The notes beneath the pieces are model-generated. The model ran no database searches and was not told the origin of the DNA. It worked only from the letters and a program-made list of their open reading frames with translations. Both the position numbers and the translations under genes were made by a program. This document shows positions 17,676-25,752 of a stretch of 26,461 bases of DNA, piece by piece (positions within the stretch are counted from its first letter, which is position 1; every line of letters begins with the position of its first letter). Source of the DNA: an uncultured Victivallales bacterium. Its GTDB lineage: Bacteria > Verrucomicrobiota > Lentisphaeria > Victivallales > GWF2-38-69. Location of the stretch: assembly GCA_964436735.1 (NCBI GenBank), contig CAYTFM010000100.1, positions 1 to 26,461 on the forward strand, written 5' to 3'.

Positions 17676-20600
17676 ATCTTGCCTTCCTCATGCTCAATCT
17701 CATCCAATATTTTGTCGGTCTCTTTGGCAAGGTTCTCGATGTCCTTTTTGTTCCAAGCCGGTTTATGCAGAATATCACGAGCTTTTCGTCTGCGCCCAAG
17801 AGCCTGTAAGTAGATCCGATAATAAGGGTCAGAACTAGCGGATTTGAACCCTAAGTGCTCAACTTCTTTAGTCAAATCTTGTAGTTTTTTCAGATCGTCT
17901 ACCGAAACTCTTTTCTTTCCGGCCAATTCCGCATGTTTGTCGAGCAAGCACAGTGTCTCATCATCCAAATCAGATTTCAGCCCAAACATTTCGCTTGTAA
18001 GAATTCCTGTAAAGCCCATGCCTCTTAGGTTTTCGCCAGCCAGGGCTGCGAAGCACTCCTCAGTTTGTTCGCGGCGTTTTAAAAGGTGAATATTCTCCTT
18101 GAGCAGTCCAGCGATTGCTAAAGGATCATGTGTCGATAGAAGCACCTGGCTATTCAACCGTTTCTCAAGTTCTTCGAATGGAAGACGCTTGGGAGAGTTT
18201 TTGTCGGTGACATCCCCTACTAAGGCGTCCAAAAGCAGATGCAAGTATCCAAGCTGCCAGTGGGGATTCAAGTGGGTATCTGGTTCATCCAGAAGGACGA
18301 GAGATTGATTCATCTTCGTGAAACGAAGCAGGCCGAGAACCATCATAAGCTGTTGTTCTCCTTCGCTCATTTCTTTGAAGGTTACAACGGTCTGCTTTGT
18401 TGCTGTTGCGTTTATCCGAATGCGGATTCGCACCTCGTGAATGATTGATGAGAAGTCAGTGCATTCTAAGGCGACAAAGAAGCTGGTCGGGTCAGCATAT
18501 TCCGAGGCTAGTTTTTGCAGGTGTTTTTTACTCGGAAGAAGCAGGAAATAATGATCGCCTGCGCTTTCCTGAAATCCATCATCCACTCGTTGTTGTAAGA
18601 CCATATGCGCAATCGAGTGGCGGCGAAGGTGTTCCAGAACGGGACGAAGTAGTCCGTCTGCGCCCCAGAAATCCTCAGGATTGTTGTTGCGATACCATCG
18701 CGGACGCTTTAAAACAAAGAGAACTGATTCGAGATCTTCGATGCGTAGATGCTTCTTCAAAAAACTGTGGATTCCCGGGTCATCCTCATAAAAAAAAGCA
18801 AGCAGCGCATATTTCGCATGTTGGGTTTCAGCGTTGAAGAATCGTCTTTCTTCCAACAGACGTGCAAGGGTTTCCTCATCGTACGTTTTCTGCTTTAATA
18901 GCCTATTGTAGTGTTCTTGTTTCGGTTCTGAGAAAAGGTCAGCAAACCTTTTGCTTGGGCCGGAGTAGTATCCAAATACAAAATGGGGTAATGGAATCTC
19001 TTCCCGTTTACATATATTAAAGTCGATATTGCCCGATTTATGATTGCGTTTCGATGCTATCTTTGCTTGGGGCTTGCGCAAATTGATTTGCCAATCAATC
19101 TCGACCAATTGCCCATCTATCTCGTAACGAATGCGATAGTCTTCCAAGCCAGCCTGCGGTGTCCATTTGTCTTTTGTTTGCCATTTATAGAGGTCGCGAA
19201 AGATAGCAACAAGTACTTCAAACAGGTTCGATTTTCCCGTGCCGTTCCAGCCGAGAAGCACGTCGACTGCATGGTTCGGATCAAATATCACTGAATAGTC
19301 TTCTAAATTCTTGAACTTTTTGATCCAAATTTCATGAAGACGGAAGGGGCCAGACGGTTTTCTATTAGAATTATGCCGATGATGAGATTTCTTTGCAAGT
19401 TGCTTTTGCCCTGTAAAGCTCTTAATGAGTTTTGCCGAATCTGCGATTGTGTCATAGAACTCATAAACCTCTTCGCGTCCGAATTGTGCGGCATTGAATA
19501 AATCCCTAGCAGTGGGTGTTCCGACAGCTACACTTAACGCAGTTTCAAGCACACGTTTCCGGGCTTCAGATGATTTCATGGAAGAAACTTTCTTGCTCTT
19601 ATGAAGCTTTCTTTGCTTGGGCTGTTCTGATGGAGTCGCAATTAGGTTTACCTTGGGGACATGGATATGTTCCAGCAGCTTTCTTTCAAGCCCATCACAT
19701 GGGTCTTGTGACACCAGTTGGCCAGAGAAGGCCTGTTGAAGGATTTTTTGGCGAAGCAGAATTCCCCGTTGGAGGTTGGTATTCACCACCGCCTCCAACT
19801 CCTCCACCACGCTCATCCGTCGCTCGACCTCCGTAACAATTCTCGTCTGCTCGTCAAGCGGGGGGAGAGGAAACGGAATCGTTGAGAATTTCTCTGCTCC
19901 AAGATGGTTTATGCCGACGCCAACAGCGACCTGAGCAAAAATGCCGTTAATGTAAAAGTGCCTAAGCACAAGAAGAGGGAATCTCGAATCGAGGAGAACA
20001 GGTTGCAGGCGAATGATAGTGTTCTGAAAGCAACATTGAGGCAATTCTTCGTGCCAGATTGCCGGTTTTCCCACTTGGGATATGCTACCAGACGCCTCGG
20101 ATATGATTAGATCCCCACGTTTCAATAGATAACGCTCTCTCTCGTCTGGTGTGAATTCCATCTCAAGCACATCGCTCAAATCGAGACCGTTCTCAGTTAT
20201 GTTTGCGGCGCGCATGTATTTTGTCGGAAAGTCCCTCGAAATATTCTTTGGCGAGCGTTGGCGACCTAATTGAACAGAGCCCAGTTGTCCCACACTCGCC
20301 CACGTCCATCCTTCTGGGAGCTGGGGGAGGTTGGCTGTGTCGGGAGGGGCGGGTTCTTTGTATATGCCGCGGCCGGACCATTTCCGGCGGCGTACAGTGA
20401 GGATGCGCTTCAGGAGTTGCTCCCCATTCTCATACACTTCTGATTTCTTTCCAGTTACATCTGGCTTGGCCAATTCCGCTTCGGTTGGAACTATCTTGCC
20501 CTCGCAAGCAGCCTTGAGCACGGCGGCGCGGTAACGCTTGAGATTTGCCTGAACCCGTTTCAATGCCGCCATCCCCGCCTCCAAACGCGTGAACTGCTTC

Positions 20601-21076
20601 TCGATCTCCGCGACGATAAGACGTTGTTCTGGCAAGGAAAAAGAAGGAATCAAGAATGAAGAAATATCTTTGGGACGAACGGCAGGATAGAGCGCACCCT
20701 GTACTTTTTGACACATCTCATCAATGAAATCAGGTGTCTGGACGGCGTAGAAAAGGAATCTGGGCTCCTCGCCTTTTGCACGCAGCACATGAAACCCAGT
20801 TGAACCAATGGAGCCGTCAAGGTCAGGCGGAACAAGTGCCACAGCATTCAGATTAGGGCGTGTCATTGACACGAGAACGTCGCCCATTCTCAAAACCTGC
20901 TTTGCCCGACTTGGAGCTTGGGCCACTGGCAGTGTCTTAGGATCGACGATCCGTTTTGTCTCACGATCAATGCTACTGATGTCCACGTAACTGAATTCAT
21001 GCCTACCACTTGGAGGACCGGTTTGTTCAACCCGCGCCTCAGTCATATCCCCAATTGTTTTCCCTGCGTTCTTCAC
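17672..21076 (-). CDS. hsdS: In-frame fusion of a complete type I RM specificity subunit (HsdS, aa 1-455, two TRDs) to a PtuA/OLD-like ABC ATPase (aa ~577-1134) through a Lys-rich ~120-aa linker
   Basis: The HsdS part has TRD1, the central conserved region IPSFSLPEQRLIVAEIEKQFTRLEAG, TRD2 beginning LPEGWTWASVGQL, and the distal conserved region PFPLPPLDEQTRIVTEVERRMSVVEELEAV...LLRQKILQQAFSGQLV. No stop follows. The linker is ...KLHKSKKVSSMKSSEARKRV...KKSHHRHNSNRKPSG. The ATPase part begins FRLHEIWIKKFKNLEDYSVIF, has Walker A VLLGWNGTGKSNLFE, Walker B/D-loop SLVLLDEPDTHLNPH and H-loop VLLSTHDP. The start is GTG at 21076, overlapping the upstream gene stop by 4 nt. Confidence 0.7.
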   Translation of the reverse strand: MKNAGKTIGDMTEARVEQTGPPSGRHEFSYVDISSIDRETKRIVDPKTLPVAQAPSRAKQVLRMGDVLVSMTRPNLNAVALVPPDLDGSIGSTGFHVLRAKGEEPRFLFYAVQTPDFIDEMCQKVQGALYPAVRPKDISSFLIPSFSLPEQRLIVAEIEKQFTRLEAGMAALKRVQANLKRYRAAVLKAACEGKIVPTEAELAKPDVTGKKSEVYENGEQLLKRILTVRRRKWSGRGIYKEPAPPDTANLPQLPEGWTWASVGQLGSVQLGRQRSPKNISRDFPTKYMRAANITENGLDLSDVLEMEFTPDERERYLLKRGDLIISEASGSISQVGKPAIWHEELPQCCFQNTIIRLQPVLLDSRFPLLVLRHFYINGIFAQVAVGVGINHLGAEKFSTIPFPLPPLDEQTRIVTEVERRMSVVEELEAVVNTNLQRGILLRQKILQQAFSGQLVSQDPCDGLERKLLEHIHVPKVNLIATPSEQPKQRKLHKSKKVSSMKSSEARKRVLETALSVAVGTPTARDLFNAAQFGREEVYEFYDTIADSAKLIKSFTGQKQLAKKSHHRHNSNRKPSGPFRLHEIWIKKFKNLEDYSVIFDPNHAVDVLLGWNGTGKSNLFEVLVAIFRDLYKWQTKDKWTPQAGLEDYRIRYEIDGQLVEIDWQINLRKPQAKIASKRNHKSGNIDFNICKREEIPLPHFVFGYYSGPSKRFADLFSEPKQEHYNRLLKQKTYDEETLARLLEERRFFNAETQHAKYALLAFFYEDDPGIHSFLKKHLRIEDLESVLFVLKRPRWYRNNNPEDFWGADGLLRPVLEHLRRHSIAHMVLQQRVDDGFQESAGDHYFLLLPSKKHLQKLASEYADPTSFFVALECTDFSSIIHEVRIRIRINATATKQTVVTFKEMSEGEQQLMMVLGLLRFTKMNQSLVLLDEPDTHLNPHWQLGYLHLLLDALVGDVTDKNSPKRLPFEELEKRLNSQVLLSTHDPLAIAGLLKENIHLLKRREQTEECFAALAGENLRGMGFTGILTSEMFGLKSDLDDETLCLLDKHAELAGKKRVSVDDLKKLQDLTKEVEHLGFKSASSDPYYRIYLQALGRRRKARDILHKPAWNKKDIENLAKETDKILDEIEHEEGKI

Positions 21077-22170
21077 TCTTCATCCTTTGCTTTGTCATTC
21101 CATGCGAATTTGCGGATCAAGGTGTTGAAGCGGCTCCATTTATGGGTCAGGAACTGATAACGTCCCGCGACGATTCCCGGAGAGACACCGAGTTCGTTTG
21201 CGATCGTCTTGATCTCGGACTCGATCTGCGAGACCTTGATGCGCCCATTGTACCTGGCGGGGATCAAGGTTTCGGCGGCAAACTCGTCCGCCTGTTTTTC
21301 CCGTGGATCATCCTTGGAACCGTCGTTGATCATGAGATCTTTCTTCGAGTCATGCAAAACGTGCCCGAGTTCATGGAAGAAGGAAAACCATAGTTTATCT
21401 TCGCCTTTGCCACGCAAATTCAGCAGGATCATAGCTTTTGTCGGCGTCAACCACCGGGTCGCTCCGTTCCACGGCGCTTTTTTCATTTCCTTAACCAGTG
21501 CCAACGCCACGCCACACTCAGCACATATCCTTCGCATTTCAGCGACCATTGCTGATGGGTCTGCCTTGCAGGACAGCGAACGCAAAGCATGTATTTGCTT
21601 CAGAAGAGCAGAACGATCATAAGGACGGCAGTCGCACTTCTGGGCTTGCAACTCGCCCATGCGGATCCATGAGGATGCAGGGCCAGGCAGAGACTCAAAG
21701 CATTGAGAACGCCTTGCCGCCACTTCGGGTCTTTCCCATAACTCGCACCATGCCCGCACACTGCTGACGCCATAAAACTTCAACGTGTCGCATAGCAACG
21801 CATGCTTGTCGCTGTTTTGGGGAATAACTTTCCTGCTAATGAGCTCGGAGGTGGGAATTGTCTTGAGCCACTCGAGATCAGACGCCAAACGCTGTTTTTC
21901 CTCCAGCTTGGACAGTTGCTCGCGGTAGTTGAGCTCAAGATTGTTCCAGAACCGGGCGGGAGAGCCAAAGACAAGTTCAAGCCGATTGGCGGTTTCGAGT
22001 GTTATCGGCTGTTCGCCTTTGAAGATTCGATTAATGGTCTGTTGCGTCGTTTCAAGCCGAATGGCAAGCTCTTGCTGCGTCCAGCCATTGAACTCCATGT
22101 GCTCGCGTATAGTTTCGCCTGGTGGAACCGCATAATCCGGGTCGTATGTATATTTGCGTTTCGCTTTCAT
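21073..22170 (-). CDS. HigA-like XRE-HTH antitoxin domain fused to an ImmA/IrrE-family (COG2856) zinc metallopeptidase
   Basis: The N-terminus is IREHMEFNGWTQQELAIRLETTQQTINRIFKGEQPITLETANRLELVFGSPARFWNNLELNY, a HigA/VapI-type HTH. The C-terminus has HEXXH (FFHELGHVLHD) followed by EKQADEFAAETLIP, the ImmA/IrrE signature. A strong RBS GGAGGAA precedes it. Its ATG overlaps the higB-like stop (ATGA). Confidence 0.7.
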   Translation of the reverse strand: MKAKRKYTYDPDYAVPPGETIREHMEFNGWTQQELAIRLETTQQTINRIFKGEQPITLETANRLELVFGSPARFWNNLELNYREQLSKLEEKQRLASDLEWLKTIPTSELISRKVIPQNSDKHALLCDTLKFYGVSSVRAWCELWERPEVAARRSQCFESLPGPASSWIRMGELQAQKCDCRPYDRSALLKQIHALRSLSCKADPSAMVAEMRRICAECGVALALVKEMKKAPWNGATRWLTPTKAMILLNLRGKGEDKLWFSFFHELGHVLHDSKKDLMINDGSKDDPREKQADEFAAETLIPARYNGRIKVSQIESEIKTIANELGVSPGIVAGRYQFLTHKWSRFNTLIRKFAWNDKAKDEE

Positions 22171-22529
22171 TGGCGGTTCCTCCGCTGGTATTTCTGGTCA
22201 TGCGTGTCTTCGATGTCGATTACTTCAATAGCTGTCACTTGCTCCAAGTCGATGCCTCCGTCAGTTTTTGTTGGTACGGGAATATTTGCCGGTATGAAGA
22301 GCAACCTATATGGATACTGGAGGTCAACCGAAAAAACGCCTTTCCTATTGACAAGCTCATGGCACTGAGGCGGTGGTAGGTAAGAGATGTCACTTAGCGT
22401 CTCCCCCGCTTTCAGTTCCGCCAGGCGTTGCCGGAGTTTTGAGGCGCACTGCGGGCCAAGCTCCCTGACGCCCGCCTTCTCCACATCGCAGATCTTTTTC
22501 AACTTGTTTGCTCTAAATGATATCTCCAT
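22167..22529 (-). CDS. HigB-like toxin (RelE/ParE superfamily, plasmid-killer family)
   Basis: The 120-aa product reads MEISFRANKLKKICD...LRQRLAELKAGETLSDISYLPPPQCHELVNRKGVFSVDLQYPYRLLFIP. This matches the HigB pattern and it lies immediately upstream of a HigA-type HTH gene. The start coordinate is taken from the ORF track; my manual count of the start codon differs by 1 nt. Confidence 0.6.
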   Translation of the reverse strand: MEISFRANKLKKICDVEKAGVRELGPQCASKLRQRLAELKAGETLSDISYLPPPQCHELVNRKGVFSVDLQYPYRLLFIPANIPVPTKTDGGIDLEQVTAIEVIDIEDTHDQKYQRRNRQ

Positions 22530-22530
22530 G

Positions 22531-22600
22531 TCGCTCCGTCTTCAATAAATAATTAACATTCTATGTTAATAAAAACAAGCAAATAGAGTTTACTTTTTTT
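22531..22600 (-). promoter_or_regulatory. Promoter/operator region for the higB-led operon with a perfect palindrome TTAACAT-tct-ATGTTAA
   Basis: On the minus strand: TTGTTT, a 17-nt spacer, TAATTA, then GGAG, then ATG. The 17-bp palindrome at 22554-22570 overlaps the spacer, which is the typical autoregulatory operator arrangement for a TA HTH antitoxin. Confidence 0.45.
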
Positions 22601-22761
22601 GAAAACTTCCTCCCGGAAGATTTCCCGATGTTCGTTGGGAATACCTCGTCTCCGGTTTTACCCGAGTCCTTTGGTGTTCCGCCCCCCCGGGGATGGGCGT
22701 ACCGCCGGGCAAACTTGCTTCCTCCCCAGAATGCGGGCGGGACGCCCACGGTCCCAGGGAG

Positions 22762-25557
22762 TCATGCAACAAGCGCCTGGTTCAACTCGTCCAGGATGCC
22801 GTTCAAGTCACCGCCGAAGAGCTGCGAGGCCTTGCCGAGGCCGCCTTGCTGGCTGAAGGGGGCGTAGTCGAAGTCCTCCGGCTCGACGCTGAGGCTGGTG
22901 GCGATGTGGTCGCGGATAAGGTTGAGCCAGGAGAGCTGCTCGGAGGCGAAAACCGTGCCGGCCTTGGCCTTGTCCATGAGCCATTCGTTGAACCGCTCAT
23001 GGACGGACTCGGCGAAGGGCTGAAGCAGCGGTTGCTGCTCCAGGGCGAAGCGGACGAGCGCGACGAGGTCGGCGAAGCGTCCGGTCTGCGAACGTCCTTT
23101 GACCTTGCCGGGGCGGGTGGCGGCGAAGGCGTTCCAGAGGCGGTCCTCCGTCCATGCGGCGTGGTTCTCGCAAAGCTTCCGCTCCAACTCCTTGAGCATC
23201 TGCTCGGTGACGCGTTGGCGGTAGGGGCGGCTGTAAAGGATTTGCAGGGCGGAGATCTCCGCGTGATGCTGTTCGAGGTAGGCGCGGAAGGATTGCACAA
23301 GATTGGCGGCCCGCTCCTTGGCAGCGGCGTCGAACCCTTGCTCGACCACGGCGTCGATGGTGACGGTGTCGATGGTCTGCTCGCTGGCCTTCTTGACGGC
23401 GAGGATTTTCTCGCGGAGTTCGGGGCTGTCGAAGGGAAGGCAAGCGGTGGCGACAAGGTCGGCCTGTGCCGCGGCAAGATCCTCCCGCGAGGACTGGAAG
23501 TCCGTGGGCTTGCCCGTGACGGCTTTCGCGTGGACGAGATCCGGATCGAGGGCGTCGAGGAGGGCTCGGGCGAGATCGGGAAGGGATTTGCCGCCCGCAA
23601 GCTCCTTGAGCCCCTTGGCGTCTTCCTGCGTGCTATCCTGACTGAGCCGCGCGAGGCGTCCGGCAAGGGAGCTGATGGTGTCCTCGTTGCGCTTGCCGAG
23701 GGCGACGCCGAGGAGGAGATCTTTGAGCGGCACTGTGCGTTTGCGCTCGAGGGGGCGGGAGTCGGTCTTGTCGCTTTCGCAGACGCCGACGGCGTCGACG
23801 ATCACGAAATGCGTCTTGGCCCGGGCGTCGGCCCCGCTGACGGACTGCAGGTCGGTCGGGCTGAGCACGCGGGTGCCGCGCCCCTTCATCTGCTCGAAAT
23901 AGACCCGGCTGCGGACGTCGCGCAGAAAGAGGAGGCATTCCAGCGGCTTGATGTCCGTGCCGGTGGCGATCATGTCCACTGTGACGGCGATACGCAACTG
24001 CGGCGAGGTGCGGAACAATTGGATAAGATCCTCGGCCTTGGCCGGCTTGCCGGTCTCCGGATGCTTGGACTGGTAGGTGATCTTCTTGGCGAAGTCGTTG
24101 CCCTTGCCGAAGACCTCCCGGACGATGTGGACGACATCCTCGGCATGCGAGTCGTCCTTGGCGAAGATCAGCGTCTTGGGCACCATGGCGCGTCCGGGGA
24201 ACAGCTCCGTGAAGAGGGCGTCTTTGAAGGCTTTGATGACGGTGCGGATCTGGGAGGGGACGACGACGGAGCGGTCCAGCTCCTGTTTGGTGTATTCCAG
24301 ATCCTCGTCGAGGCGCTCCCAGCGGCGGGCGCGGGTCTCCTTGCTGCGCTTGTCGACGTAGAAGCCCTTCTCGACAAGGCCGCCCTGTTCCGAGACCTGC
24401 GTCTTGATCCGGTAAACCTCGTAGCCGACGTTCACGCCGTCGGCCACGGCGCGTTCGTGTCTGTATTCCGTGACAAGGTTCTGATGAAAGAAGCCGATGG
24501 TCTGCTTGGAGGGGGTGGCGGTGAGGCCGATGATGAAGGCGTCGAAGTAGTCGAGGACCTGCCGCCAGAGGTTGTAGATGGAGCGATGGCACTCGTCGGT
24601 GACGATGAAGTCGAAGGTCTCGATGGGGATCGCCGGGTTGTAGGCGACCTCGCGGGGGCGCTCGTTCGCCTGGGAGAGCTCGAAGGCGGACTTCTCGTCG
24701 AGATCCTCGTCAAGCTCCTCGCCCCGCAGCATCGCGTAGAGCCGCTGGATGGTGCAGACGCAGACGCGGGCCACCGGATCAAACTGGTTGGAGTTGAGCC
24801 GCTGGACGTTGTGCAACTCGGTGAACTTGCGGCCGGTGTCGGGCGTGACGAACTGGTCGAACTCGGATTTGGCCTGACGTCCAAGGTTGGCGCGGTCGAC
24901 GAGGAAGAGGACGCGGCGGGCTCCGGCGTGTTTGATCAACCGGTAGATGAAGGCGCAGGCGGTGAAGGTTTTGCCCGCACCGGTGGCCATCTGGATCAGG
25001 GCGCGCGGGTGGTTGGCGGCGAAGGACTGTTCCAGCCGCGTGATGGCCTCGGTCTGGCAGGTGCGCAGACCGCGCGAGACAAGCGGATGAGCGGCGGGCG
25101 CGGTTTGCAGGCGCATGCGCAGGGTGTCGGGCTCGGTGGCCATGGCGGACAAGGTTTCGGGTCGATGGAAGGAGAAGATTTGGCGGGAACGTGGATCAGG
25201 ATCGCGTTCGTCCCTGAAAAAGGTTTCGACGCCGGTGGATTCGTAGCGGAAGGGAAGCGATCCAGCCTTGGGCCTCAGGAACTCGGGGAGCGTGTCGCCA
25301 TAATAAGCCGTTTGGTCGGCGACGATGGAAAGGGTCTTGCCCTCGCGTTTCGCTTCGACAACCCCGACAGGCGCGCGGTTCGCGATCAGGAGGTAGTCGC
25401 ATCGGCCGCCGGGCAGCGGCACTTCGCGCAAGGCGACGCCTGGTGAGGCTCCAAGGTTGCACCTCACATAGTCCTGAACCAGCCAGCCCGAGTCGGCAAG
25501 CATCCGGTCGATCTTCTCACGTGCCTTTTGTTCAGGCGTTCCTGGCATTCGTGCCAT
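22762..25557 (-). CDS. hsdR: Type I restriction enzyme R subunit HsdR (SF2 helicase/endonuclease)
   Basis: The N-terminus EQKAREKIDRMLADSGWLVQD is HsdR-like. Helicase motif I is LIQMATGAGKTFTA and motif II VTDECHRS; the remainder is the long SF2 body. Start is the ATG at 25557 with GAGGA upstream. The ORF-track extension to 25635 adds 26 residues with no RBS. Confidence 0.85.
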   Translation of the reverse strand: MARMPGTPEQKAREKIDRMLADSGWLVQDYVRCNLGASPGVALREVPLPGGRCDYLLIANRAPVGVVEAKREGKTLSIVADQTAYYGDTLPEFLRPKAGSLPFRYESTGVETFFRDERDPDPRSRQIFSFHRPETLSAMATEPDTLRMRLQTAPAAHPLVSRGLRTCQTEAITRLEQSFAANHPRALIQMATGAGKTFTACAFIYRLIKHAGARRVLFLVDRANLGRQAKSEFDQFVTPDTGRKFTELHNVQRLNSNQFDPVARVCVCTIQRLYAMLRGEELDEDLDEKSAFELSQANERPREVAYNPAIPIETFDFIVTDECHRSIYNLWRQVLDYFDAFIIGLTATPSKQTIGFFHQNLVTEYRHERAVADGVNVGYEVYRIKTQVSEQGGLVEKGFYVDKRSKETRARRWERLDEDLEYTKQELDRSVVVPSQIRTVIKAFKDALFTELFPGRAMVPKTLIFAKDDSHAEDVVHIVREVFGKGNDFAKKITYQSKHPETGKPAKAEDLIQLFRTSPQLRIAVTVDMIATGTDIKPLECLLFLRDVRSRVYFEQMKGRGTRVLSPTDLQSVSGADARAKTHFVIVDAVGVCESDKTDSRPLERKRTVPLKDLLLGVALGKRNEDTISSLAGRLARLSQDSTQEDAKGLKELAGGKSLPDLARALLDALDPDLVHAKAVTGKPTDFQSSREDLAAAQADLVATACLPFDSPELREKILAVKKASEQTIDTVTIDAVVEQGFDAAAKERAANLVQSFRAYLEQHHAEISALQILYSRPYRQRVTEQMLKELERKLCENHAAWTEDRLWNAFAATRPGKVKGRSQTGRFADLVALVRFALEQQPLLQPFAESVHERFNEWLMDKAKAGTVFASEQLSWLNLIRDHIATSLSVEPEDFDYAPFSQQGGLGKASQLFGGDLNGILDELNQALVA

Positions 25558-25752
25558 GCCTTTCCTCGATATGGGGTCGGACAGGAAACAGCGTATACTT
25601 ATTCTATGACCCGGGGCGCGGTTTTCAAGTTGCATTCAAGGGGTGATCCCCTCGTCAACCTGGGAGATCGCCGATTGTTTTATTGGAATATTTGCCGGCC
25701 AGGATGTAATTATTGGGCTGAAATCTCGAAAACAGCCTAATCATGAGGAGCT

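Noticed and set aside
22527-22530. 1-nt discrepancy between my manual position count of the higB-like ATG and the ORF-track coordinate
   Set aside because: The stop position and the 120-codon length are consistent with the track, so this is most likely a counting slip of mine and not a frameshift. I retained the track coordinates.
22693-25446. 917-aa plus-strand ORF
   Set aside because: It lies antisense to hsdR. The composition is low-complexity and rich in G, A, L, E and D with no recognisable motifs, which is typical of open antisense frames in ~62% GC DNA. hsdR on the other strand has clear helicase motifs.
15158-25752. Direct repeats or att sites flanking the RM island
   Set aside because: Only weak 8-10-nt similarity was found (ttattatcgg versus aattattggg), and no integrase is present. 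The paralogous gene fragment is diverged at DNA level, so it is not a target-site duplication.
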